A stretch of DNA of 64,000 bases from a virus: positions 9,402-73,401 of the IMG/VR virus record IMGVR_UViG_3300044712_001218. One strand, 5' to 3'. Below, one piece after another: positions 1-9,408 of this stretch. The position numbers and the translations under genes were made by a program. Under the pieces are notes generated by a model, which was given only the letters and a program-made list of their open reading frames with translations, was not told the DNA's origin and did no database searches. How positions within the stretch are numbered: the stretch's first letter is position 1; each line of letters opens with the position of its first letter.

Positions 1-264
1 ATTTGTACCATTCATATTCATCATTATCTGAATGGTCGTCCAGCAATCCAATTAAGAAGTGCTGACAAACTCGATCCGGGTCCGGTATTAACTGCTACTG
101 TCAATCTTCCTGAAATCCCTATCGAAACAGATGAGGTAATTATTAAGGATTATTCTGAAAATGAAGGAATATTGGAAGTTCTTATTGAGGCCGGTATTAT
201 AAGTGAACCAAACTGGACTATAAAAAGTGATCATGTAACCTTTCCTGTTTGTAGACTGCTATGA
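1..264 (+). CDS. 5'-truncated conserved phage protein (DUF4313-like)
   Basis: Open frame 1 from the window edge, read manually: ...YLNGRPAIQL...TVNLPE...DEVIIKDYSENEGILEVLIEAGII...PVCRLL*. Confidence 0.6.
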   Translation: MCTIHIHHYLNGRPAIQLRSADKLDPGPVLTATVNLPEIPIETDEVIIKDYSENEGILEVLIEAGIISEPNWTIKSDHVTFPVCRLL

Positions 265-556
265 AAATATACTTCACCAAACATGCCTTAACCAAAGGTA
301 TTATCACTCAGGAATGTAATGAGAGGGATTGGAAAATTAAAGGAAATTGTTTAACCCAATACCATTCCTCTCTCTCTATAATGTGAATCCTATTACTAAA
401 TCCAAAGTAAGGATACCTCTACAATATTGGTATCGTCCTGATTGGCATTTAGATAAACAGGAAGCAATAGCTCAAGCAGAATATATGCGTGGTAAAGCCA
501 TACAAGCTATTCAAAGGAGATTAGATCGGTTAAATAATCTTAAATTTATATTATAA
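261..556 (+). pseudogene. Small conserved phage gene split by a frameshift at a (CT)5 tract
   Basis: MKIYFTKHALTKGI begins at 261 and stops at 386; the typical C-terminus (DWH..QEAIAQAEYMR.KAI.AI.RRL.RL..LKF) is in another frame; removing one CT at 368-377 joins them. Confidence 0.5.
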
Positions 557-732
557 TGAAAGAGGAAATATGTGATTTGATTGCTGGTTATAAAAGAAAA
601 ATCAGGATCAAACAAAAACAGATAGAATATAATGAGAAGTTAGGAAAAGGAGGAGTATGTATTTCAATTAATGGCGAAATACAAATGCTAAATGCTGTTA
701 TTTCTGATCTACAAAAGATTGCTTATAAATGA
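556..732 (+). CDS. Hypothetical protein (58 aa)
   Basis: Manually read ORF MKEEICDLIAG..., overlapping both neighbours. Confidence 0.5.
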   Translation: MKEEICDLIAGYKRKIRIKQKQIEYNEKLGKGGVCISINGEIQMLNAVISDLQKIAYK

Positions 733-1661
733 ATATAATTGAATTATATAGAGATTTTAATGTACCTCATGCTACAGAAGGTCACAAACATTGCAGACCG
801 GGATGGGTAAATGTAGAGTGCCCTTTTTGTACAGGAAACCCCGGTCTACATTTGGGTTATAACTTAGCATCCGGTGGATTCGTTTGTTGGAGATGTGGTT
901 GGCATCCGCCAATCCTTACTATCAGTAAACTTATTCATATATCAGAACCGGAGGCAAAAGCCCTTATAAAATTATACGGTGGTATTGTTTCTTCTGCCAA
1001 ATTTACCCCTATTACTAAAATTAAGGGCAAAGATCACCAATTACCTAGCAATACAAGCCCTTTACAATCAAATCACCGGCATTATTTAGAAGGACGTGGA
1101 TTTGATCCTGATAAATTGATTAAAGAGTGGAATTTGCTTGGAACCGGCCCCATTTCTCTTCTATCTACTGGAAAAGGAAAAGATAAAAAAGAAATTAATT
1201 TTAAACATAGGATTATTGCCCCTATTATTTGGGATGGAATAGAGGTATCCTTTCAGGGAAGAGATATTACTGATAAGGCTAGTTTAAAATATATTACCTG
1301 TCCCAAAGATCGGGAACTAATATTTCATAAACATATTTTATATGGAAAACAAGAATATTGGAAGGAATCTGTTATACTCGTTGAAGGGATCACTGACGTA
1401 TGGAGATTTGGAAGATATAGTATGGCTTGTTTTGGTATTAAATTCACTCCAGTTCAGGTACGAGAAATCGCTAAAAGATTTAGAACCGTGGCAGTCTGCT
1501 TTGATGGTGGCGAATTACAGGCTATTAGTCAATCTAATAAAATCGTTGCAGAATTACGCTTCCGGGGAGTCGATGCCTTCAGAGTGGATATAGAAGGTGA
1601 TCCCGGAGAAATGAAACAAGAAGAAGCTGATTATTTAGTTAACCAATTAATAAAAACTTAG
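729..1661 (+). CDS. DNA primase (zinc finger + TOPRIM)
   Basis: CPFC...CWRC zinc finger; RIIAPI...SFQGRDI; VILVEGITD and CFD TOPRIM motifs; DPGE. Confidence 0.85.
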   Translation: MNIIELYRDFNVPHATEGHKHCRPGWVNVECPFCTGNPGLHLGYNLASGGFVCWRCGWHPPILTISKLIHISEPEAKALIKLYGGIVSSAKFTPITKIKGKDHQLPSNTSPLQSNHRHYLEGRGFDPDKLIKEWNLLGTGPISLLSTGKGKDKKEINFKHRIIAPIIWDGIEVSFQGRDITDKASLKYITCPKDRELIFHKHILYGKQEYWKESVILVEGITDVWRFGRYSMACFGIKFTPVQVREIAKRFRTVAVCFDGGELQAISQSNKIVAELRFRGVDAFRVDIEGDPGEMKQEEADYLVNQLIKT

Positions 1662-1666
1662 AAATC

Positions 1667-1951
1667 ATGAGAACAAAAAAGTTTATGTCTACCTTTTATA
1701 AAGTAGACGAAATAAAAAGAGAGGATAATAAAATTACACTTTCTTTAAATCAATATGATCGAATGGATGATGAATCTGAAGAAAGAGGATCACCAAACTA
1801 TAAATGGGATTATAAGATAGAATTAGAAATAACAAATCATTGTTTTCGGCTACAAAAAATTCATCCATTTCATACTATGAATACAGCTGATGCTAATTTT
1901 ACTATACGGATAGATACCATAAATAATCAGTTATATATTGATTTTGAATAA
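1667..1951 (+). CDS. Hypothetical protein
   Basis: Tightly packed ORF in operon. Confidence 0.6.
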   Translation: MRTKKFMSTFYKVDEIKREDNKITLSLNQYDRMDDESEERGSPNYKWDYKIELEITNHCFRLQKIHPFHTMNTADANFTIRIDTINNQLYIDFE

Positions 1952-1963
1952 ACAATTAATATT

Positions 1964-2155
1964 ATGACAAGAGAACAAGAACTTAAATTGAAGGAGGAAC
2001 TGACTAAAAAGTTTGATCCTTTATCCATTCAGGTAGCAACCAACGCTATTGTACGGTATGAAGTAGAAATTTCTTATTTAGAAACCACTTGGAAAAAAGG
2101 ATTGGTTTTCCTTAATGAACTGAATAAATTAGGATATAGAATAACTAAAAAATAA
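1964..2155 (+). CDS. Hypothetical protein
   Basis: Tightly packed ORF. Confidence 0.55.
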   Translation: MTREQELKLKEELTKKFDPLSIQVATNAIVRYEVEISYLETTWKKGLVFLNELNKLGYRITKK

Positions 2156-2161
2156 CTAAAA

Positions 2162-2344
2162 ATGAAAACAATAGTAGTACAATGGAGAAAAACATTACCT
2201 GATGATCTTTATGATCAAGAAATGAGGGTAATGGCTAGTGGGCATCCTCGTTTTGTACCGGGATCAAGATTTGATTTCGGGTTCTTCCAAATAGCTACAA
2301 ATGAAGGGTACACTATAATCTCATTACCTTATGAAAACAATTAA
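2162..2344 (+). CDS. Hypothetical protein
   Basis: Tightly packed ORF. Confidence 0.55.
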   Translation: MKTIVVQWRKTLPDDLYDQEMRVMASGHPRFVPGSRFDFGFFQIATNEGYTIISLPYENN

Positions 2345-2870
2345 CTTAGCATGGGGGCTTCATGACTTTATGAAGCTTCCCGGCGATTCCAAGTACGGGG
2401 TGGATAAATGGAAGTGTAGAAAATGTGGAGTGATCGGTCTACGAGTTGGATTTTCTCAATTCATTGACGTGGATCAAACAGTATCTGATCAAATTGTTCA
2501 TAATTGTAATTTACAAACAGAAATGAATAAATTAAATGCTACACATATCATTATCTACCTTGATAGAAGCCACCCTGATCTGGAAATAAAATCAGTACAT
2601 CCCTTAATTACTCCTCCTCCGGGGAAACAACATTGGAATGGAGGAGTGTGGATTGCCCACCCAGTAGATAAACATCCAATACTAATTCCTTATGGGGAAT
2701 TCATGATTTATTGGAAAGACCCTACTCATACTATGGTCAGGGCTAAGAAATCTGAACCTACTATGACCAGATTAAAAAGAAATCCTCCTCCAGCCCCTAA
2801 AATGACAAGGGGAAAGAAGGAAGAGATTAAACCAGTAATGACCAGAAATAAACAAAAACCATTATTATGA
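2331..2870 (+). CDS. Hypothetical protein with CxxC motif and repeated M-x-R-x-K tail
   Basis: KCRKCG; C-terminal MVRAKK/MTRLKR/MTRGKK/MTRNKQ. Confidence 0.65.
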   Translation: MKTINLAWGLHDFMKLPGDSKYGVDKWKCRKCGVIGLRVGFSQFIDVDQTVSDQIVHNCNLQTEMNKLNATHIIIYLDRSHPDLEIKSVHPLITPPPGKQHWNGGVWIAHPVDKHPILIPYGEFMIYWKDPTHTMVRAKKSEPTMTRLKRNPPPAPKMTRGKKEEIKPVMTRNKQKPLL

Positions 2871-2979
2871 CTCCTGATCCTATCTTTTATCTCATCTACC
2901 GTATTATATGGTGGGCTATTAGTATAGCAGTGATATTCCTTGTATATCTTATTTTCTATCCACCAGATAAAAAAGAAGA

Positions 2980-3393
2980 ATGATTAGATATTGCCTCACT
3001 CCCGGATGTCATAATAGGGCAATACCAAAAAGGAAGTATTGTCACACCTGTCATCACAGAAAATGGAAAGAGAAATATCCCATCAAGTATGCTTTTCAGA
3101 CTCATAAAGACAATGCTCGTAGGAGAGGGAAGGAATATTCTCTCACCTACGAGCAATTTTGTGCCTTTGTAATAAGGGTCGATTATATGACCAAGAAAGG
3201 AATACATAGAGACTCTTATCATATTGATAGGGTAATAGAAGAAGAAGGGTATCATGAATGGAATCTACAGATATTACCGAATGCTGCTAATGTCAGGAAG
3301 TATTTACATTATCGCTGGGATGAAGAAACCAGGAAAATGGTATATGATGTAAAATTAGTCAAACAAATAGAAGATGATAATAATCCATTTTAA
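2980..3393 (+). CDS. HNH-like endonuclease
   Basis: Cys-rich N-terminus; NARRRGKEYSLT; HIDR....GY...NLQIL...N..K phage HNH variant. Confidence 0.65.
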   Translation: MIRYCLTPGCHNRAIPKRKYCHTCHHRKWKEKYPIKYAFQTHKDNARRRGKEYSLTYEQFCAFVIRVDYMTKKGIHRDSYHIDRVIEEEGYHEWNLQILPNAANVRKYLHYRWDEETRKMVYDVKLVKQIEDDNNPF

Positions 3394-3405
3394 AACAATT
3401 AATGT

Positions 3406-3696
3406 ATGAAACAATTAACAAGTAAACAAGCAATAGCTTTCCATGACAGTAAAGTATGGGAAAGTTGGACGGATGAACAAATAGCAGGCTTTCAATTATT
3501 TCAAAAATACCTAGCTGTGCCTTTTGATAGATTTCATCAAGCTATGGAAAAAGTATTAGGAAGACTAATTTTTACTCATGAATTTGGGTCTGCCGGAAAT
3601 CTTGAAAAGGAATTTTTAGGATTGAAAAAAGCTCCCACTTTTGAAGAAATATTAAACCTAATTCCTAAAGATAAACAAATAATAATTGGCATATGA
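3406..3696 (+). CDS. Conserved hypothetical phage protein
   Basis: FDRFHQAMEKVLGR.IFTHEF pattern seen in phage hypothetical proteins. Confidence 0.65.
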   Translation: MKQLTSKQAIAFHDSKVWESWTDEQIAGFQLFQKYLAVPFDRFHQAMEKVLGRLIFTHEFGSAGNLEKEFLGLKKAPTFEEILNLIPKDKQIIIGI

Positions 3697-3917
3697 ATAA
3701 TTCCACGGAAATGACTCGTTCCACTTCTCCAAGGTACAAACACATAAGTGCTAGGAAAGCTGCTATCAGAAGTGCTATGGCAGTAAATAATGTTTTAACA
3801 GAATATTATCTTTTCACTAAATCGGACGAAGAGGTCCTATGTTTCGTCCATCCTGCGTATCGACAGGAAATAGGAGATAAACTGGGCATTTCCACCATTA
3901 AAAGGCATGGGTGGTAA
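3693..3917 (+). CDS. Hypothetical protein
   Basis: ATGA-coupled ORF. Confidence 0.55.
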   Translation: MNNSTEMTRSTSPRYKHISARKAAIRSAMAVNNVLTEYYLFTKSDEEVLCFVHPAYRQEIGDKLGISTIKRHGW

Positions 3918-3982
3918 ATTGATCAGGAATGCCTTATATTCCTTATAAAATTGATATGTTTTTAAATTCATATCAAGGAAAA

Positions 3983-4014
3983 TTTGGAGGTATTAATGGT
4001 GATATTTATCTTTG
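3983..4014 (+). promoter_or_regulatory. Bacteroidota-type primary sigma promoter (-33/-7)
   Basis: TTTG (3983-3986), 20-nt spacer, TATCTTTG (4007-4014) matches TTTG-N19-21-TAnnTTTG. Confidence 0.7.
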
Positions 4015-4033
4015 ATCTGTTATTAAAAAATAG

Positions 4034-4166
4034 TGCGAGTCATGGAAAAGATACTAAGATATTCATCGTTAATGCCTCCAACAAGGCATTCAATTACCCA
4101 CAAAAGGATCATGACTCGCAATCAAACCTTAGTGGGTTTTTGTTTGTCTCTTGGGGGCATTTTTTC
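4034..4166 (+). promoter_or_regulatory. Structured leader / candidate attenuator upstream of replication initiator
   Basis: 11-bp inverted repeat 4034-4044/4110-4120; alternative long hairpin 4071-4161 followed by a T tract. Confidence 0.5.
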
Positions 4167-4187
4167 ATTTCATAATTTAATTTCATT

Positions 4188-4919
4188 ATGGAAAGATTAA
4201 AAGCTCCTTCTCATATCAGATATGCCTTGGAATTATTTTCCTCAGATGCTTATCTCACCATTAACAAGAAACTCCTTCAACATTATGGTCCTAATATAGC
4301 AGTATTCCTATCTAATTTGGTGGATAAATATAAATACTTTAAGGAAAAAGGATTATTGGAAGATGACCGATTTTTCCAAACTCATAAACAACAAATGGAA
4401 TGGACTGGTTTAACCATCGAAAAACTTAGATCATGTAAGGTACTTTTAATAAAGGATGGGGTACTTGATTCTCTTATGAAAGGCTTGCCTCCTAAGGAAT
4501 GGTTCTATATTGATTTTGACAAATTAATGACAATTATATATCCCACGAATATTCGTCGGAAAACACGACGATTGATCATCGGAAAACACGACGAATATAA
4601 GGATAATAAATTTAAGGATAATAAAAATTATATAAAAAGTTTTGACAAAAAGACAATTCCTCCAACAATAGATATGGTCAAGGAGTATTGTAAGGAAAGA
4701 AGAAACAAAATCAATCCAGAAACCTTTATAGATTTCTACACCATGAAAGACTGGATGGTTGGTAAGACTAGAATGAAGGATTGGCAGGCAGCAGTCAGGA
4801 CATGGGAAAAGAACCACCAGAATGGAAATAATAGACCAAAGTATGCTTCTTCTGATGAAGACGATTATGATGATAAACCCTTACCTGACCACATAAAGAA
4901 ATTATACGATAAAAGATGA
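4188..4919 (+). CDS. Replication initiator / replisome organizer-like protein
   Basis: N-terminal HTH-like region; C-terminal PPT...V.EYC.ER...INPE.F.DFY...W.VGK..MKDWQAAVRTWE domain; directly upstream of DnaB. Confidence 0.65.
   Translation: MERLKAPSHIRYALELFSSDAYLTINKKLLQHYGPNIAVFLSNLVDKYKYFKEKGLLEDDRFFQTHKQQMEWTGLTIEKLRSCKVLLIKDGVLDSLMKGLPPKEWFYIDFDKLMTIIYPTNIRRKTRRLIIGKHDEYKDNKFKDNKNYIKSFDKKTIPPTIDMVKEYCKERRNKINPETFIDFYTMKDWMVGKTRMKDWQAAVRTWEKNHQNGNNRPKYASSDEDDYDDKPLPDHIKKLYDKR
4545..4625. repeat. Iteron-like repeats, candidate replication origin
   Basis: TCGGAAAACACGACGA at 4556-4571 and 4579-4594; palindrome ACGAATATTCGT at 4545-4556; then AAGGATAATAAA twice. Confidence 0.55.
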
Positions 4920-6451
4920 TTGAAAGGAAACTTATACAGGGTCTTATTATATCCACCCAATTCATTCAGCGTATTTATCAACACTGGAACATCCAGTTAA
5001 TTGAATCATCTGCTGCAAAAAGATTGGCTTCATGGATCATTATTTATTACGAGCAGTATAATAAAGCCCCGGGCAAGGATATAGAAGGAATATTCCTTGA
5101 ACGGGCAAGACTACTTGCTCCTGATCTTGCAGAAGATATTGAAAATATATTAGCAGAATTAAGTGATGAGTTTGAAGAGGAAGGATTAAACATAGATTAT
5201 TTAGTAGACCAAACCATAAAATATTTTAATGAACGTTCCCTCACTATTTTATGTGATCAGATACAGGCTAATCTACAAAATGGTGATTTAATTGAAGCAG
5301 AAAAACTAGCTATTGGGTATAAGAATATACAAAAGCAGACTGGTACATGGGTTGATCTAGGTTCTCCGGAGGTAATGGAAAAGATTGACCAAGCTTTTGA
5401 TATAAGCAACCAAGTGCTTATAAAATATCCACGAGCATTAGGAGAATTTTGGAATGATCAGCTGGTTAGGGGTGGCTTTGTTGCACTCATGGCTCCTGAA
5501 AAACGCGGCAAAACCTTTTGGTTGCTTGATCTTGCTATCCGAGCAGCAAGACAAGGCAGGAGAGTGGCATTCTTTCAAGCAGGAGATATGAGCGAAGGAC
5601 AGCAATTAAAGCGGATTGGTGTTTATCTGACTAAAAAGAGCAATATTGAGAAGTATTCCGGAAAGATGTTTGAACCGGTAAAGGATTGTATATTTAACCA
5701 GATGGGTACCTGTAAGAAAAAAGAAAGGGAATGTGACTCAGCTGTTTTTGAAGGAAGGACGGAAAAGGAATTAAGAAGAGAAATTACCATTGATGAGTTA
5801 AAAGAGGCCTATGAAGAGAATCCTGATTATTCTGCCTGTACTAATTGTGCGGAATATGAAGGTTCCAAATGGGGGTGTGTTTGGTTAAAGGAAGTTAATA
5901 CCGGGGCTCCCTTAACCAGTACAGAAGCCAAGGAAGCGGTAGGGGAATTCTTCGCCAAAGAATCAAGAAACTTTAGATTATCCACTCATGTCAACGGTAC
6001 CTTAACCGTCAGGGAAGCCTCCTCTATTCTGGAGATATGGGAAAGGCAGGATAATTTTGTGCCTGATGTCATTCTCTTTGACTACGCTGACATTATGATG
6101 GATAATGATCATACCAAAGAATTCCGACATAAACAGAATAACATATGGATGCAGCTTAGGGGATTATCACAGGAAAGATTTGCTTTGGTTATTACCGCTA
6201 CTCAGGCTGACGCTAACAGTTATACCAAGGATTTATTAAAACTGGAAAACTTCTCAGAGGACAAAAGGAAATATGCTCATGTAACCGCTATGTATGGCCT
6301 TAACCAAGATCATAATGGAAGGGAGAAGGCAATAGGTATTATGAGAATAAATGAGTTGGTGGTAAGGGAAGGAGACTTTAACAATAAGAATCAGATTAAC
6401 GTACTACAGAATCTTAAAAGAGGCATTCCATTCATTGGGAGCTATTGGTGA
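4916..6451 (+). CDS. Replicative DNA helicase (DnaB-like, SF4)
   Basis: Walker A APEKRGKT; ILFDYADIM; ITATQAD; FSEDKRK; Cys-rich insertion. Confidence 0.85.
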   Translation: MIERKLIQGLIISTQFIQRIYQHWNIQLIESSAAKRLASWIIIYYEQYNKAPGKDIEGIFLERARLLAPDLAEDIENILAELSDEFEEEGLNIDYLVDQTIKYFNERSLTILCDQIQANLQNGDLIEAEKLAIGYKNIQKQTGTWVDLGSPEVMEKIDQAFDISNQVLIKYPRALGEFWNDQLVRGGFVALMAPEKRGKTFWLLDLAIRAARQGRRVAFFQAGDMSEGQQLKRIGVYLTKKSNIEKYSGKMFEPVKDCIFNQMGTCKKKERECDSAVFEGRTEKELRREITIDELKEAYEENPDYSACTNCAEYEGSKWGCVWLKEVNTGAPLTSTEAKEAVGEFFAKESRNFRLSTHVNGTLTVREASSILEIWERQDNFVPDVILFDYADIMMDNDHTKEFRHKQNNIWMQLRGLSQERFALVITATQADANSYTKDLLKLENFSEDKRKYAHVTAMYGLNQDHNGREKAIGIMRINELVVREGDFNNKNQINVLQNLKRGIPFIGSYW

Positions 6452-6474
6452 AAATTAATTTAATAAATAAAATT

Positions 6475-7494
6475 ATGAAAGTAGAGGTAAAAGTAAAAGA
6501 TTTATTTCCTAATCCATATCGTAATATGAAAGAATATCCAGTGGATAGAGAAAAAATAGAAGCCCTTAAAAACTCAATAGAACAAACTGAATTTTGGGAT
6601 AATTTAGTAGCAAGAAAAGAAAATGGACAAATTCAAATTGCTTATGGTCATCATAGATTGATAGCTTTACAAGAGTTAGAGATAGAAAAAATCGGAATTA
6701 CTATAAGAGATTTAGATGATTCCACAATGCTTCAAATAATGGCCAATGAAAATATGGAGCAATGGAGTAGTTCTACTTCTGTAGTAATTGAAACCGTCAA
6801 AGCTACCCGGGATTTTCTAAACTCGGAATTGGCGAAGTATGATAGCTGGGAGGAATTTAGAGCTAATAGATTTATTAGCTCACTTATTGATGGTGAAAGA
6901 GGTTATAGAAGTGCTAAAGGGCAAGGTGTCGGTCAAACCACCATCCTCAAGTTCTTAGGGAAGAACTGGGAAAAGAAACAACATTTGATTCAGGATGCGT
7001 TGCATACATTGGATCTTATCAAAGATGATATAATTGATGAAAAGGCGATAAAACAATTAGAGGTAAAACATTTAAAAGAATTTACCTCCAACGTTGAAAA
7101 AAATAAGACATCAAAAAAAGACCAAGTAAAATATGCTAAAATAATAAAAGAGGAAGAAGTAAAAGCAAATAAAGTTAAAGATATTTTTGTGCGAGAAAAA
7201 TATGAAACACCTAAAAAAAATAAACTAGAATTAGATAATAGAAAAATAAAATTTGAGGATATAATAGCAGAAACAACTAATAATGCTGATGAATTATCTG
7301 AAAAACTAAAAATAATAATAAAATATAAAGAAGATTTTGATTCTGTTTACTATAGACAAACTATAGAGCGTCTTCGATTATTAATGAGTATAGATTCATT
7401 AAAAAAACAATTTGTAATATTAACTAAACAAATAAAAGAATATGAAGAAGAAACCGTCACTGGAGAAGATGATACTCTCCGTATTGGAAGATGA
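6475..7494 (+). CDS. ParB/Srx N-terminal domain protein
   Basis: PNPYRN...LKNSI...QIAYGHHRL.AL..L...MANEN; AT-richer than neighbours. Confidence 0.75.
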   Translation: MKVEVKVKDLFPNPYRNMKEYPVDREKIEALKNSIEQTEFWDNLVARKENGQIQIAYGHHRLIALQELEIEKIGITIRDLDDSTMLQIMANENMEQWSSSTSVVIETVKATRDFLNSELAKYDSWEEFRANRFISSLIDGERGYRSAKGQGVGQTTILKFLGKNWEKKQHLIQDALHTLDLIKDDIIDEKAIKQLEVKHLKEFTSNVEKNKTSKKDQVKYAKIIKEEEVKANKVKDIFVREKYETPKKNKLELDNRKIKFEDIIAETTNNADELSEKLKIIIKYKEDFDSVYYRQTIERLRLLMSIDSLKKQFVILTKQIKEYEEETVTGEDDTLRIGR

Positions 7495-7879
7495 ATTGAA
7501 TGAATCAACTTCATCATTTTTAACTATTCCTAATATAGCAGAGGCCATATATGGATATGGATATGGAAAAAGAACTGCTTTTATTTATAATAAACAAATA
7601 AGAGAAAGAATGGGAAAAGTTCGATTATTAGCAGAACAAAATGGAATGATAGTGATTCCTTTAAGAAAGGCAATCAAAAACGATCCATCAAAGAAATTTA
7701 GAATAGTTGGATGGAAAATTGCAGATGAAAGTGATCAAAAATATATATTTGATGAATTATTATTTATAAAAAGAAAGGGAGAAGAACATTCCAATACTTT
7801 TTTAAAATTAAAAACAGAAGCAAAACAACAGGGAATCCTGACTTATGAAAAAATAAGAGAGTTGAGAGAATTAAACTAA
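7442..7879 (+). CDS. Hypothetical protein, possible DNA-binding partner of the ParB-like protein
   Basis: Overlapping ORF in the same AT-rich block. Confidence 0.6.
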   Translation: MKKKPSLEKMILSVLEDELNESTSSFLTIPNIAEAIYGYGYGKRTAFIYNKQIRERMGKVRLLAEQNGMIVIPLRKAIKNDPSKKFRIVGWKIADESDQKYIFDELLFIKRKGEEHSNTFLKLKTEAKQQGILTYEKIRELRELN

Positions 7880-7896
7880 TCTAAATATCTAAATAT

Positions 7897-8253
7897 ATGT
7901 TTAAAATAAGAAAAGAGTTTACTTTTTCAGCCAGCCATCAACTCAGAGGATTACCGGAAACACATCCCTGCAGTAGGCTTCATGGACATAATTACATAGT
8001 TACGGTGGAATTAAAATCTACCCATGTGAGTGATATTGGTTTTGTAAGGGATTATCATGAACTGGATGAAATAAAAAAGTATATTGATACCAAGTGGGAT
8101 CATAGACATTTAAACGATCAAATGTTGGATAATCCTACTGCTGAGAATATGGCCCAGCATCTTTTCATGACCTTTAAATCTCAGTTCCCGGAACTCTGTG
8201 CTATTGAAGTAAGTGAAACCCCCAAAACAAATGCCATTTATTATGAGTTTTGA
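7897..8253 (+). CDS. queD: 6-carboxy-5,6,7,8-tetrahydropterin synthase
   Basis: FSASHQL; C.RLHGHNY; DHRHLND; PTAEN; SETPKT. Confidence 0.95.
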   Translation: MFKIRKEFTFSASHQLRGLPETHPCSRLHGHNYIVTVELKSTHVSDIGFVRDYHELDEIKKYIDTKWDHRHLNDQMLDNPTAENMAQHLFMTFKSQFPELCAIEVSETPKTNAIYYEF

Positions 8254-9007
8254 AATAATTAAAGCAAACCCTGACTTTAAGAAGGAAGCTCCTTTTTCCA
8301 GCAATTTCTTAGAAGTAGCAGAATTCTTTTGCGATACCATACAAGGAGAAAATTTTATTGGTTATCCAGCAGCCTTTCTCAGACTTCAAAACTGTACATT
8401 AAACTGTGCGTGGTGTGACACTAGTGAAGTCTGGAGATATGGGAACCCTTATTCCTTTGATGAAATATTTGAGTTAATGGATCAGGCCGACCTACCAAGA
8501 AAGCTCCACGATGGTCAACATCTTATTTTAACCGGTGGTAGTCCATTAAAACAACAAATCCCATTAATTAATTTTATTGATGCCTTTATTACCTTATACG
8601 GATTTGGGCCTTATATTGAAGTGGAAAATGAATGTGTAGTAAGGCCCCTTGATAGGATGATAAATTATGTGGATTGTTGGAATAATTCCCCTAAACTATC
8701 TACCAGTGGTAATCCAAAGAGTAAAAGATATAAACCAGAGATATTGAAGATAATGTCTGAACTGGATAATTCTTGGTTTAAGTTTGTAATCACGGAAGAA
8801 TCAGATGACGATTGGAATGAAATAGTAACTGATTATTTAGACCCCGGTCTTATAAGAAAAGACCAAATCGTACTGATGCCATGCGGAGCTACCAAATTAG
8901 AGTTAGAGGAAAATAGGCAAAGGGTAGTTGATCTGGCAGTGGAATTCAACGTACGATATACAAGCCGCGAACATATAATTTTGTGGGATAAACGTACTGG
9001 CGTATGA
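8243..9007 (+). CDS. queE: 7-carboxy-7-deazaguanine synthase (radical SAM)
   Basis: TIQGE...FLRL..CTLNCAWCDT; LTGGSP; SPKL; REHIILW. Confidence 0.9.
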   Translation: MSFEIIKANPDFKKEAPFSSNFLEVAEFFCDTIQGENFIGYPAAFLRLQNCTLNCAWCDTSEVWRYGNPYSFDEIFELMDQADLPRKLHDGQHLILTGGSPLKQQIPLINFIDAFITLYGFGPYIEVENECVVRPLDRMINYVDCWNNSPKLSTSGNPKSKRYKPEILKIMSELDNSWFKFVITEESDDDWNEIVTDYLDPGLIRKDQIVLMPCGATKLELEENRQRVVDLAVEFNVRYTSREHIILWDKRTGV

Positions 9008-9345
9008 TTGATGCCAGTCAATTAATAAGTATTGTGGAGGAACTAAACGTGGTTCTTGAATTAGACCCTCCCATTGACCCAACTCTTCCGGTAAACGTTT
9101 TATTAGAGGAGGTGGAGGCAGTATTTTTAATGACTGAAGAGGAAGACAAATTTTCAGATAATACCAGACTAACCATAAATTCATATCTTAGAGAAAGGAG
9201 GAAAAATAAGACCTGTAACGAATATTTCCCTTACTTTGAAAATACGGAACTAGCTAGGCTTGATCACCGTATATATAAACTCAAACTAACCAAGTGGGAG
9301 CATTTAAACAAAAATATAATTGCCAAAACCCTTGGAAGGAATTAA
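9004..9345 (+). CDS. Hypothetical protein, paralogous to the N-terminus of the next gene
   Basis: ELN.VL.LDPPID...EDKFS..T aligns with EMNDVMSLNPPID...EDEFG..T. Confidence 0.6.
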   Translation: MIDASQLISIVEELNVVLELDPPIDPTLPVNVLLEEVEAVFLMTEEEDKFSDNTRLTINSYLRERRKNKTCNEYFPYFENTELARLDHRIYKLKLTKWEHLNKNIIAKTLGRN

Positions 9346-9363
9346 AAATTATTTGTATATTTA
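9331..9363 (+). promoter_or_regulatory. Possible Bacteroidota-type promoter
   Basis: CTTG, 21-nt spacer, TATATTTA (one mismatch in each box), upstream of 9409. Confidence 0.45.
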
Positions 9364-9408
9364 TTCTTTATTAATCATTTATTATAAACCAATTAAATTT
9401 TTTGACAA

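Noticed and set aside
3984-4175. 63-aa ORF upstream of the initiator
   Set aside because: TTG start lies inside the promoter; the region is better explained as promoter plus structured leader
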